A stretch of DNA of 64,000 bases. It comes from the human T2T-CHM13v2.0 reference genome, Homo sapiens. This document shows positions 12,160-26,109 of this stretch, in pieces. Made by a program: the position numbers and the translations under genes. The DNA is taken from NCBI RefSeq assembly GCF_009914755.1, contig NC_060928.1; one strand, written 5' to 3'. Below the pieces are notes generated by a model. It ran no database searches. It had not been told where the DNA came from and was given only the letters and a program-made list of their open reading frames with translations. Numbering within the stretch: position 1 is the stretch's first letter; each line of letters opens with the position of its first letter.

Positions 12160-13164
12160 TATAGGAAAAGAAAGAGAGATCAGACTGTTACTGTGTCCAT
12201 GTAGAAAGGGAAGACATAAGAAATTCCATTTTGATCTGTACCTTGAAAAATTTCTTTGCTGAGATGCTGTTAATTTGTAACTTTGCCCCAGCCACTTTGC
12301 CCCAACTTTGAGCTCACAAAAACATGTGTTATATGGAATCAAGGTTTAAGGGATCTAGGGCTGTGCAGGATGTGCCTTGTTAACAAAATATTTACAAGCA
12401 GTATGCTTGGTAAAACTCATTGCCATTCTCTAGTCTCAATAAACCAGGGGCACAATGCACTGCAAAAAGCCACAGGGACCTCTGCCCTGGAAAGCCGGGT
12501 ATTGTCCAAGGTTTGTCCCCATGTGATAGTCTGAAATGTGGCCTCGTGGGATAAGAAAGACTTGACCATCCCCCAGCCTGACACCCATAAAGGGTCTGTG
12601 CTGAGGTGGATTAGTAAAAGAGGAAAGCCACTTGCAGTTGAGATAGAGGAAGGCCACCATTTCCTGCCTGCCCCTGGGAACTTGATGTCTCGGTATAAAA
12701 CCCGATTGTACACCTGTTCAATTCTGAGATAGGAGGAAAACCACCCTATGGTGGGAGGTGAGACATGTTGGCAGCAATGCTGTCTAGTTATTCTTTACTC
12801 CACTGAAATGTTTGGGTGGACAGTAACATAAATCTGGCCCACGTGTACATCCAGGCATAGTACCTACCCTTGAACTTAATTATGACATAGATTCTTTTGC
12901 TCACATGTTTTTTTGCTGACCTCCTCCTTATTATCACCCTGCTCTCCTACAGCATTCCTCTTGCTGAGATAATGAAAATAATAATAAAAACTGAGGGAAC
13001 TTAGAGACCGGTGCTGGTGCATGTCCTTGGTATGCTGAGAGCCAGTCCCCTGGCCCCACTTTTCTTTCTCTATAGTTTGTCTCTGAGTCTTATTTTTTTT
13101 CTCAGTCTCTCATCCCATCTGACGAGATATACCCACAGGTGTGGAGGAGCAGGCCACCCCTTCA
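12160..13164 (+). mobile_element. 5' LTR of provirus (LTR5A/B-like)
   Basis: Starts TATAGGAAAAGAAAGAGAGATCAG, has TATAAAA and AATAAA, ends GGCCACCCCTTCA (not the LTR5_Hs end CCCCTACA). Confidence 0.95.
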
Positions 13165-13185
13165 TCTGCCACCCAATGTGGGTGC
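13165..13185 (+). promoter_or_regulatory. Degenerate tRNA-Lys primer binding site
   Basis: TCTGCCACCCAATGTGGG directly after the 5' LTR, a decayed TGGTGCCCAACGTGG. Major splice donor CG|GTAAGC follows at ~13270. Confidence 0.75.
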
Positions 13186-13305
13186 CTTTCTCTAGGATGA
13201 AGGTATGCTAAGAATGTGAGCATTGAGGACAGTCGAGAGATTCCTGAGTACATCCACCATCAGCCTTTCGGTAAGCTTGTGCGCTCAGAGAAACCCAGGG
13301 TAACA

Positions 13306-14045
<740 letters not shown>

Positions 14046-14164
14046 CTTCTGGGGGAGGGAGCCTGAAACTAGGCTTGCTGCGACTTGGCTCGAGGCACTC
14101 ATTATTGTCCAACCTACAGTTCACTGTGGTGAAGGAGCAATTCAGACTCACCCTGCAGCTTCCT

Positions 14165-16690
14165 GTATAGGTCAAACAGTGGCCGCTCCCTAAGGAAAAG
14201 TTGGGGGTGCTACATAAAATAGTTAAAAAGCTATTTTATAAAGGACATGTTTCACCCACTTTCTGTCTTTAGAATTCTCCTGTTTTTGTAATTCAGAAAA
14301 AATCAGGCAGATGGCGCATGCTAACTGACTTAAGAGCCATTAATGCAGTAATTCAACCTATGAGGCCTCTCCAACCCGTGTTGCCCTCTCCAGCCACGAT
14401 CTCCTTTAATTATAATTGATCTGAAGGATTGCTTTTTTACCATTTCTCTGGCAAAACAGGATTTTGAAAAATTTGCTTTTACTATACCAGCCATAAATAA
14501 TAAAGAACCAGCCACCAGATTTCAGTGGAAAGTGTTGCCTCAGGGAATGCTTAATAGTCCAATTATTTGTCAGACTTTTGTAGCTCAAGTTCTTCAACCA
14601 GTTAGAGACAAGTTTTCGGACTGTTATGTCATTCATTATGTTGATATTTTGTGTGCTGCAGAAACAAGAGGCAAATTAATTGACTGTTACACATTTCTGC
14701 AGAGGTTGCAAACGCAGATTCAGACCTCTACTCCTTTTCATTATTTGGGAATGCAAGTAGAGGAAAGAAAAATTAAACCACAACAAATAGAAATAAGAAA
14801 AGACACATTAAGAACATTAAATGACTTTCAAAAATTGCTAGGAGATATTAATTGGATTCGGCCAACTCTAGGCATCCCTACTTATGCCATGTCGAATTTG
14901 TTCTCTATCTTGAGAGGGTATCCAGACTTGAATAGTAAAAGAACATTAACTCCAGAGGCAGCTAAGGAAATTGAATTAGTTGAAGAAAAAATTCCGTCAG
15001 CACAAGTAAATAGAATAGATCACTTAGCCCCACTCCAACTTTTGATTTTTGCTACTGTACATTCTCCAACAGGCATTATTGTTCAAAATACAGATCTTGT
15101 GGAGTGGTCATTCTTTCCCCACAGTACAATTAAGACTTTTACATTGTACTTAGATCAAATGGCTACATTAATTGGTCAGGGAAGACTATGAATAGTAAAA
15201 TTGTGTGGAAGTGACCCAGATAAAATCATTGTTCCTTTAAACAAGGAACAGGTTAGACAAGCCTTTATCAATTCTGCTGCATGGCAGATTGGTCTTGCTG
15301 CTTTTGTGGAAATTGTTGATCATCATTACCCAAGAACAAAAATCTTCCAGTTTTCAAAATTGACTACTTGGATTTTACCTAAAATTACCAGACATAAACC
15401 TTTAGAAAATGCTCTGATGGTGTTTACTGATGGTTCCAGCAATGGAAAAATGGCTTACCCCAGGCCAAAAGAATGAATCATTGAAACTCAATATCACTCA
15501 GCTCAAAGAGCAGAATTGGTTGCTGTTATTTCAGTGTTACAAGATTTTAATCAGCCTATTAACATTGTTTCAGATTCTGCATATGTAGTACAGGCTACAA
15601 AGGATGTTGAGACAGCCCTAATCAAATGTAGTATGGATGATCAGTTGAATCAGCTGTTTAATTTTTTACAATAAACTGTAAGAAAAAGAAATTTCCCATT
15701 TTATATTACTCATATTCAAGCACATACTAATTTACCAGGGCCTTAACTAAGGGAAATGAACAAGCTAACTTGCTAGTATCATCTGCCTTCATGGAAGCAC
15801 AAGAACGTCATGCTCTGACTCATGTAAATGCAACAGGATTAAAAAATAAATTTGATATCACATGGAAACAGGCAAAAAATATTGTACAACATTGTACTGA
15901 GTGTCAAGTCCTACACCTGCCCACTCAGGAGGCAGGACTTAATCCCAGAGGTTTATGTCCTAATGCATTATGGCAAATGGATGTCACACATGTACCTTCA
16001 TTTGGAAAATTGTCATTTGTCCATGTGATGGTTGATACTTGTTCACATTTCATATGGGCAACCTGCTAGACAGAAAATGTACTTCCCATGTTAAAAGACA
16101 TTTATTATCTTGTTTTGCTGTCATGGGAGTTCCAGAAAAAATTAAAACAGATAATGGACCAGGCTACTATAGTAAAGCATTCCAAAAATTCTTAAATCAG
16201 TGGAAAATTACACATACAACAGGAATCCCTTATAATTCCCAAGGACAGGCCATAATTGAAAGAAATAATAGGACACTCAAAGCTCAATTGGTTAAACAAA
16301 AAAGGAAAAAGAGAGTAAGGAGTATAACACTCCCCAGATGCAACTTAATCTAGCACTCTATACTTTAATTTTTTTAAACATTTATAGAAATAAGACCACT
16401 ACTTCTGCAGAACAACATTTTACTGGTAAAAAGAACAGCCCACATGAGGGAAAACTGATTTGGTGGAAAGATCAAAAATAAGACATGAGAAATAGGTAAG
16501 GTGATAACATGTGGGAGAGGTTTTGCTTGTGTTTCACCAGGAGAAAATCAGCTTCCTGTTTGGATACCCACTAGACATTTGAAATTCTACAATGAACCCA
16601 TCAGAGATGCAAAGAAAAGTGCCTCCGTGGAGATGGAAAACCCGCAATGGAGCACCATCGACTCGCCAGGTGAACAAAATGGTGATATCA
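14165..16690 (+). pseudogene. pol: HML-2 pol (RT-RNaseH-IN), multiple stops, frameshifts and small deletions
   Basis: LPQGMLNSP; [11 protein letters not shown] (YxDD has lost one Asp); FTDGSSNGK; HALTHVN...CTEC zinc finger; WQMDVTH; KTDNGPGY. Confidence 0.95.
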
Positions 16691-18420
16691 GAAGAACAGA
16701 TGAAGTTGCCATCCACCAAGAAAGTGGAGCTGCTGACCTGGGCCCAGCTAAAGAAGCTGACACAGTTAGCTGAAAAAAAGCCTGAAGAATACAAGGTTAA
16801 CACAAACTCCAGAGAATATGCTGCTTGCAGCTTTAATGATTGTACCAACGGTGGTAAGTCTCCCTATGTCTGCAGGAGCAGCTGCAGCTAATTATACTTA
16901 CTTGGCCTATGTGCCTTTCCCACCCTTAATTCGGACAGTCACTTGGATAGATAATCCTATTGAAGTATATGTTAATAATAGTGCATGGGTACCAGGCCCC
17001 ACAGATGACCGTGGCCCTGCCCAACCTGAAGAAGAAGGAATGATGATAAACATTTCCATTGGGTATCATTATCCTCCTATTTGCCTGGGGAAAGCACCAG
17101 GATGCTTAATACCTACAACCCAAAATTGGTTGGTAGAAGTACCTACTGTCAGTGCCATCAGCAGATTTACTTATCACATGGTAAGTGGAATGTCACTCAG
17201 GCCACAGATAAATAATTTACAGGATTTTTCTTATCAAAGATCATTACAATCTAGGCCTAAGGGGAAGCCTTGCCCCAAGGAAATTCCCAAAGAATCAAAA
17301 AGCCCAGAAGTCCTAGTTTGGGAAGAATGTGTGGCTGATACTGCAGTGGTACTACAAAACAATGAATTTGGAACTATTATAAACTGGGCTCCTTGAGGCC
17401 AATTATATCATAATTGTGCAGGCCAGACTCAACCATGTTGACAGGTCCCATCCATCTGGCCCATTAATCTGGCCTATGAAAGGCTGGACCAGGTTTATAG
17501 TAGGTTAGAATCACTCTATCCATGGAAATGGGGTGTGTAAAACCCCCTTATATGCTAGTTGTAGGAAACAGAGTTATTAAACCAGATTCCCAAACTATAA
17601 CCTGTGAAAATTGTAGATTGTTTACTTGCATTGATTCAACTTTGGATTGGCAACACTGTATTCTGCTAGTGAGGGCAAGAGAGGGCGTGGGGATCCCTGT
17701 GTCCATGGACCAACAGTGGGAGGGTTCCCCATCCATCCATATTTTAACAGAAGTATTAAAAGGAGTTCTAACTAGATCCAAAAGATTCATTTTTACTTTG
17801 ATTGCAGTGATTATGGGTCTTATCACAGCTACTGCTGCGGCTGCTGGAATTGCTTTACACTCCTCTGTTCAAACTGCAGAATATGTGAATAATTGGCAAA
17901 AGAATTCCTCAAAATTGTGGAATTCTCATACCCAAATAGATCAAAAATTGGCAAACCAAATTAATGATCTTAGACAAACTGTAATTTGGATGGGAGATAG
18001 GCTCATGAGCTTGGAATACCTTTTTCAGTTACAGTGTGACTGGAATACATCAGATTTTTGTATTACACCTCGAGCTTATAATGAATCTGAACATCACTAG
18101 GACATGGTGAGATGCCATCTACAAGGAAGAGAAGATAATCTTACCTTAGAGATTTCAAAATTAAAAGAACAAATTTTTGAGGCATCAAAAGCCCAGTTAA
18201 ATCTGGTACCAGAAACTGAGGCAATCATGAAAGCTGTTGATAGCCTCACAAATCTTAACCCTGCCACTTGGGTTGAAAACATTGGAAGTTCCACCATTGA
18301 AATTTTTGTATTAATCCTTGTATGTCCGTTCTCTCTGTTGTTAGTCTACAGGTGTATCCAGCAGCTCTGGAGAGACAGTGACCAGTGAGAATGGACCATG
18401 ATGACCATGGCAGTTTTGTC
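16592..18420 (+). pseudogene. env: HML-2 env/rec (type 2), frameshifted, internal deletion in SU
   Basis: MNPSEMQRK...[12 protein letters not shown] signal peptide/rec exon is present (type 2). RSKR furin site, [13 protein letters not shown] fusion peptide and [14 protein letters not shown] are recognisable. Stops at ~17394 and ~18098. Confidence 0.95.
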
Positions 18421-18438
18421 AAAAAGAAAAGGGGGATA

Positions 18439-19439
18439 TGTAGGGAAAAGAGAGATCAGACTGTTACTGTGTCTATGTAGAAAGGGAAGACATAAGAAAT
18501 TCCATTTTGATCTGTACCTTGAAAAATTGTTTTGCTGAGATGCTGTTAATTTGTAACTTTGCCCCAGCCACTTTGCCCCAACTTTGAGCTCACAAAAACA
18601 TGTGTTATATGGAATCAAGGTTTAAGAGATCTAGGGCTGGGCAGGATGTGCCTTGCTAACAAAATATTTACAAGCAGTATGCTTGGTAAAACTCATTGCC
18701 ATTCTCTAGTCTCAATAAACCAGGGGCACAATGCACTGCAAAAAGCCACAGGGACCTCTGCCCTGGAAAGCCGGGTATTGTCCAAGGTTTGTCCCCATGT
18801 GATAGTCTGAAATGTGGCCACATGGGATGAGAAAGACCGGACTGTCCCCCAGCCTGACACCTGTAAAGGGTCTGTGCTGAGGTGGATTAGTAAAAGAGGA
18901 AAGCCACTTGCAGTTGAGATAGAGGAAGGCCACTGTTTCCTGCCTGCCCCTGGGAACTTAATGTCTCGGTATAAAACCCGATTGTACATTTGTTCAATTC
19001 TGAGATAGGAGGAAAACTGCCCTATGGTGGGAGGCAAGACATGTTGGCAGCAATGCTGCCTCGTTATTCTTTACTCCACTGAGATGTTTGGGTGGGAAGA
19101 AACATAAATCTGGCCCACGTGTACATCCAGGCATAGTACCTCCCCTTGAACTTAATTATGATATAGATTCTTTTGCTCACATGTTTTTTTGCTGACCTTC
19201 TCCTTATTATCACCCTGCTCTCCTACTGCATTCCTCTTGCTGAGATAATGAAAATAATAATAAAAACTGAGGGAACTCAGAGACCGGTGCTGGTGCATGT
19301 CCTTGGTATGCTGAGTGCAGGTCCCCTGGGCCCACTATTCTTTCTCTATAGTTTGTCTTGTATCTTATTTCTTTTCTCAGTCTCTCATCCCACCTGATGA
19401 GATATACCCACAGGTGTGGAGGGCCAGGCCACCACTTCA
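18439..19439 (+). mobile_element. 3' LTR of provirus, preceded by polypurine tract
   Basis: AAAAAGAAAAGGGGGA PPT at 18421-18436, then TGTAGGGAAAAG...CCACTTCA, a direct repeat of the 5' LTR. Confidence 0.96.
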
Positions 19440-19599
19440 AACATAAACTTATGTTTAGTTTAATATAGATACACACAGTTCTACATAGAAAACTTTATAA
19501 TCAGCTGTGTATAGGTAGGTTAGACACACACATATACTTCCTAGCATTGCTAATGAGGGACAAGATACAATGTGCTAATTCAACAGCCAGATGTAAGTT

Positions 19600-20460
19600 T
19601 TCCTACCATTCTGAAAGGAATCAGGCTCTTTGAAGAAATGTCTGATACTAGAACTGGGACAGTAAATATAGGAGCCAGGATAATCTTGAAGTATCAGAAA
19701 GTAAGTACTAAAAAAAATTAAAATATATCAAAGAAAAATAAGAGCCAATAATAACAGCTACCGAAGGCCAACACAGGAATGAATTGTGCAACACAATGCT
19801 GCAGTGTTGAATAATAACTGAAGCTTAAAGTAATTATCTAGGTGTCTGTATTTGTATACATAGGTGAATAAGCTAACGGAGTTGCATAGAAATCTCCTTT
19901 GCAAAAGAATTCCAAATAATTGATGTAGACACTCAGCCGTCAGGAAGGTGGAGCCAACTACTCACTCCATGAGTTTGGGCTCTGCATAGTGACTTGCTCC
20001 AAAAGAACACATGCAGTATGGACAAGGAGGAAAAATAACTTCACAGTGGAGAAACCTGACAAACAGTAGCTCTGCCAAATGATCCAAGTGAACATCAAAA
20101 ATGACAGTTTACCTTGAGAACATGAAGTGAAAATGGGGGACATTCTACAAAATTCCTGACCAATCCTCCTCAGTACTGTCAAGGTCATCATGAGATGGAA
20201 AGCCTGACACACTGTCACAGCCAGGAAGAGCCTATGTGATGACTACATGTCGTGCGGGATCCTGGATGGGATCCTGGGTCAGAGTAAGACAGAACTAAGG
20301 GAGTCCAAATGAAATGTGAACTTTAGTTAATAATAGTCTATCAGTATTGGTTCATTAACTGTGACAAACTATGTAAGATATTAATAAGCCATGTGAGACA
20401 CACTGATAGAAGATGTTAATGAGAGGAAACTAGGTTGTGGCTACATGGGAAATCTCTGTT
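19600..20460 (+). mobile_element. Old L1M (L1MC/MD-like) 3' fragment
   Basis: Motifs such as aacttcacagtggagaaacctgacaaac and gggatcctggatgggatcctgg resemble old L1M 3'UTRs. Confidence 0.5.
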
Positions 20461-21423
20461 TTTTTTTTTTTTTTTTTGGTAATTTCTGTGTAAGTAAAAA
20501 AAAAAAAGATGTAAAATAAAACTTTATTTAAAACCTTTTTATATTTTTATATTTTTTAATGCTTCCTTGCTTAATTATTTATACCGTGAATTACTAGTAA
20601 TTGACACTGTTAACTAGTCCTGTTTTTTTAAATAAGAGCATTTATGACACAAAAAATTAAACAGTGCAGACTGATATATAAATCAAAACAAATGCTCTGT
20701 ACATGTTTTCTGTTACAGTAGTAACACATATGTGTAAACTTAATTATCGTATTTTTGTCTTGTGCTATGGTTGTGTCCTGGTTCATTCTCTAAAATGCTG
20801 ATCACCTTAGACCAGGAAAAAAAATAAACTTACAGGATCTGTTTCAATTCATGGCTAAATATTTTCAAAAGAGTGACTGTAAAAATATGTTCCAATGGCA
20901 AATTGATTCATTGTGATGGGATCACTTATTCTAAAGACTTCTTGTCTTTACTTTGTTCCCATGCCTACCTTTTAGCCATAATACAACAGAATCAAATATT
21001 GGCCATTGGGAAAAAATATTCAAAGAAAGAAAGAATGTGAACAGAACTTACAACCATGATGATTCAATGTTTTACCACAATGCTTTCTAAAAATAAGAGT
21101 GTAAAAGGATATTCAAAGTCAGTTTCCTCAGCGAGGCTTTGCAGAAAATGAGGAAACTAAAGAAACAAAAATGGCAGGACGTTCTACGGGTGATTTTAGA
21201 TGTTGCTATGTTTTATGGGAAAAAAATACTTTACCTTTTAAAGAATCACTAAGAATTATTGGAAACCCAAACTCTGGAATGTTTGCAAATTTAGTTGAGC
21301 TTCTGTGTAATTATGTCTATGTAGCTAGGCATGAAGTTGATGATTTTTTAAAAATCTTTGCCTTATTTGTGTAATAAAATACACAATAAATAATTAATGC
21401 TCATAGGAAAACATGTTAGACCT

Positions 21424-21868
21424 TGTGAAGGGAAAATAAATCTTGGGGACCCAAAATCGCTAAGCTAAAGGGAAAAGTCAAGCTGGGAACTGCTTAGGGC
21501 AAATCTGCCTCCCATTCTATCCAAAGTCACCCATCTGCTCACCGAGACAAATGCATATCTGATTGCCTCATTTGGAGAGGGTAATCAGCAAAGCAAAAGA
21601 ATGAAACCATTTGTCTCTTACCTACTTATGACCTGGAAGCCCCCTGTCTGGCCTTCTCACCTTTCTGGACTGAACCAATGTACATCTTGCACATATTGAT
21701 TGATGTCTCATGTCTCCCTAAAGTGTATAAAACCAAGCTGTGCCTCGACCACCTTGGGCCCATGTTGTCAGGACTTCCTGAGGAGGCATCATGGGGGCGC
21801 ATCCTCAAACTTGGCAAGTAAACTTTCTAAAAAATCCGAGAGCTGTTTCAGATTTTCAGGGTTCATAC
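21424..21868 (+). mobile_element. MER4A-like ERV1 LTR
   Basis: tgtgaagggaaaataaatcttggggacccaaaatc...gtataaaaccaagctgtg...gggttcata matches the MER4A pattern. Confidence 0.7.
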
Positions 21869-22552
21869 ATGTAATATAGTATGTCAATGTTTATAAAACA
21901 GACATTATTCTGTCTACTATTACAACTATGCTGCCAATTAACCTTAGACTTTCTCAACAAAATAAAAAATGATGAGGTACCAACAATATATTTAAACTTA
22001 AATAATGTTGCAAGTTTTAATATGCCTACTTTTCAATTTTTCAATACTATTTTTACTACTTTAACACTGTAAGAAAAATGAGCAACTAAAACATGAATAA
22101 AAGTGTTTACAGGGGGTGCACATGTTTCCTCCAGCCTCTGCCCATCCCCAGCTTTCATCCCAACTCTTCTGATGGTGGCTCTAAGCATTTCCCCTGTCTC
22201 TATACCAAGATCTCTCCCCAGAAACAAGCCCAAATCTTACCATATGTTATGGCACGCTATGGTGATGAGAAGCGATGAGCAGCCGAAGCCTCAAGGAAAG
22301 GATGCTTTTGTAAAACAAGACTTGTAGAATAAAACATGTGAAAGTAAAGCCCATGGCAGAGCTCCCTCCTCAGCACATGGGGAGCAGACAGGAAGCTTTT
22401 GCCTCACCTTCCTCAATGGCCAGCAGCCACGTCTGCCCAGGTCAGTCTTAAGGACAATGAAACTCTGGTCTTCACTGTAGACATGCTACCAGGTGCTCCA
22501 AAGCCATGGTGACCCACCCTCGGGTGGGTCCTGAGGAGAACAAAGCTCTGGT

Positions 22553-22790
22553 TCTAATCCTAACCCTAACCCTGTCCCAAGACTTTGACCCTGAACCTAA
22601 ACACTGATCCCTACCCTGGGCCCCAATTCTCACCCTTACTTTGACCCTGATTTTGATCTTGACCCTGACCTTGACCCCACCTCTAACCATATTTCTGGCC
22701 CTGACTCTGACCCAGATCCTAATCCTAACCCTAACCCTAACCCTAACCCTATTATTATCTTTACGATCTATCTCTAATCTTACCCTCTAG
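22553..22790. repeat. Degenerate interstitial telomeric sequence, same polarity as the terminal array
   Basis: 6-bp-periodic CCCTAA/CCCTGA/CCTTGA units, with about 4 perfect CCCTAA at ~22730-22751. Confidence 0.9.
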
Positions 22791-25211
22791 TGCTAAATAG
22801 CTGTATCCAACAGCACTTTTAAACTGTTTAACTTCTTTTCCTTGAATTCTCTAAGGATATCCTAAAGGAGATGTCATTATGTATTTTGCATTCCCTCTGA
22901 GTGGTATGGCTTCAGATATGCAGTTCTAATACTTTGCAAGACATAAAAAGTTTGGAGGGAAATAGCACCGGGTTGTTAGGGATGCATGTTTGCATTCATG
23001 ATAGTCATTGGTGCTGTTCTCCAAATATTTTCAGTTCATTTGTTTGTGAATGCATTCTGACTGTTCCATCCCACCTACTTAAATTTTCCCATGGCCACAT
23101 GACTTTTTTGTTTGTTTGTTTGTTTTTTGCCAACGGAGGTGAGAAGAAATAACATGTGACTTTTTCAGAAGAAATCTCCAAGAAACAGAGTTCTATTCCG
23201 CATGCTTTTTTCTTTTTTCTATAGCAATGGGGATCTTATTGATGGTCCCTCCTTCCGTCTGGATTCCTGTGTTAGGATGACACAGCACAGAGCTACCTCA
23301 CATCTGACCCATGATGAGATGTAAATAAATGAGGAAAAAGATTTTTGAACCACTGAAATTTGGAGGTTGTTTGTCACCACAGTTTAACCTAGCCCCCATT
23401 GACTGATGCAGGGCTGAAGAATGAGTCTGAACTGGATCTGGACAAGGCATGTGAAGAGCACTGCAGGCTGAGTAAAACTCAAGTGTTGTCTCAAAGATAA
23501 CAGTGAGCACAATATGTTATTAGGGTGAGTGTGGGATAAATAAGGTATATCAGGTGAGAATAATGAGAAACTCAACTTCAAAAGATGGTGCTGATTTGGA
23601 CTGTGGAGAGATTCAAATGCCCTGCTTAGCATTTGAGATTGTGATGGTTGAACAAACTAATTAAGAGCCCAAAATGAAGGCTTGGGATAAATATCTGAGG
23701 GTGTCTAATATCCCAATTTTTCATCCTAGAGTGGGCAGAGTCCTTGATCCCATTCTAGGGAGACTTCCAAAAGAAAAAAGACCTGCATTTCTTCAACAAC
23801 CCACATTGAGAGACTTTCCTGCACTTTTGACCTATGGTTAACACTCCTCACCTTTCATTCTGTCATCAGTGTTTTGGGGAAACACCTTTAACTCTCTATG
23901 ATTTACAGGTTATGAAGTGGCCCTTATAATTCCTTCCAGGGGTGGAAAAGACTAATGATGATGGTGTCTGAGCTCACAGCCACAAGCGGGCATGTGTGTT
24001 CAGCAGCCATGTGGCTCATGTGCTAGGAGCTTACTAAATACAATGTTCTACATCATTGCTTAACACAAGGGGAGATGCTCCTGACTCAGAGGGTTTAATT
24101 GCTCACCTGCTTCTTTTTCTGCCCTCTTGGGCTCCTAAAATGAAAAGAATCCTGGGGTGATAAAGTGAGTCAAAGGGGTGCCAGCCACATCACAGCAAAA
24201 TAGATTCCTAAAAAAATCCCTGGCCTAAGATGACAGCCTTGGCTGGATAAGTTTGAATGTGCTGATAGTGGACATGGTAGAATGAAGGTGGTTGAAATGT
24301 TCATATTAAAGAACTTCTACCCAGATTGCAAGAAAAGAGAGAGGAATGGAGATGGCAGCATGATTCCCTATAATAAAAGCAGATGATTTAAGATCAGTTA
24401 TCTTTGTTCTGAAAAAAATAAAGACAGAAACAAAAGTTTAGCCTGAGGCTACAATTAATTGGGCAATAAGTGAGAGGCACATATGGCATAGACAGATTTA
24501 AACATTTCTCCCTTATATTAATACAAATACTAAAATTACAAATAAATTGATTCCAAATAAAACAAATATTTAAAAAACTTAATGAATAAACACCGGAGTC
24601 TACAGTAGTGTTCGAAGGAGATCTCACAAACAAGTTTGGTTTTTGAAGGTTAGAACTGATGGTCTAGAGAATTCATTTCATTCCAGAGAGAGAAAGAGAG
24701 GAATTTTTTAAAAAGAACACTTGCAGTGTTTGAAGTGACAAAGGCTGCTGTGACAAAAAAGAAGGGAAAGGGAATTTTTTTTAAAAAAGCAAGCAACAAC
24801 AACAAAACCCCACAAAAAAGCAGACAACAAACAAACAAAAAACAGAGGAAGAAGTCAAAACATGCTGGGCTGTGACTACTTCCAGGAAGGGGCTACAAGA
24901 GGCAGCTGGAAATTCTATTTGCTTTGCAACTGTGAGTTTTCCGGCCTGCTTCCTTTCTAAAGTATATTACTTTGTTTTTGGTTCATGAAGTTATCCATTT
25001 CTGTTTTCTGGAACAGCTATGTATTTTCTTTATCTATCATCTATCTACCTGCCTATCATCTATCTATCTATTTACTATCTATCTTTTCTACCTTTCACTA
25101 TCAAGAGCTTGGGTCAAGCAGGATAGAATTCCAGTGTATGTTCACTCTACCATTTAAAACAAGAGCTCTTGTAGGCATTCTCCAACACATCATAAACCTG
25201 AGCTCTCTAAA

Positions 25212-25433
25212 ACAGGGTGTGGCAAACTACCATTCATGGGCCATGTCTGACATAGTCTGCGTTTGTAAGAAAAGTTGTAATGGGACACAGCCACATACAT
25301 GTGTTACATAATGTCTCTGGCTACTTTCATGGTATAACGGAAGAGCTGAGTCATTGAGAGAGGGACCACATGGCTTGGAAAACTTAAAATATTTAACATT
25401 TAGCCCTTCGCAGAAAATATTTGCTGACTCTTG
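25212..25433 (+). mobile_element. MER58-like hAT MITE
   Basis: Termini cagggtgtggcaaacta ... atttgctgactcttg resemble MER58 TIRs. Confidence 0.55.
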
Positions 25434-26109
25434 TTTTTAAAGATCTCTGTTTAGAATGCTAACTATTGCCTTCTGGATAGAATCACAACTCTTTACCACA
25501 ATCAACACAGCTTCAACCCTGCTTCTATATCCAGCCTCATCTATTATTTCCGCTCCTCCTCCTTATTTTCCTTCTGGCCATGCTGATGGATTGTCAGCTT
25601 CCCAGATGTGCAAGAATCTCTCCTCCCTTCCCGACATTCTCATGCTCTCCCTCTGCCTCTCAAGAACTTCCTGTCCCATCTCTCATGACGAATCTCTTCT
25701 TCATTCTTTAAGATGCAGCTCCTTTGCTCCTTCCTTAAAGATGTCTGTCTGGCTCTATTTTGGGTGACATGCTCCTTCTGCATCTCCCAGAGCCAGCCTG
25801 TGTGTGTCAGCTACAGCATTTATTTGCATCTCTGTGTCATATATCACCAAATCTGCCTAAGCTTGCGTGAGTCACTGCATGACAACTTCAGCCTCCACCA
25901 GCATTGTCCCCACTAACCATGAGGCTTAGATATTTGTCCAGTATGCTCGGGGTTGTGGAGTGGTAGCAGTAACCAACTGGTGAGCATCATTTCTTACATC
26001 AGAATAAAATCTGTAGATCTCTGCAATTCATAAGTATTTGGAGTTTAAAATTAGCATAAAGATTTTCTTTAAAATAAGAACAAATGGCTTGAGTAGGCTT
26101 TTGGAATGT

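Noticed and set aside
14532-15191. 219-aa HML-2 RT ORF as an active enzyme
   Set aside because: Catalytic YxDD is reduced to YVD, there is an adjacent deletion, and the ORF is truncated at both ends.
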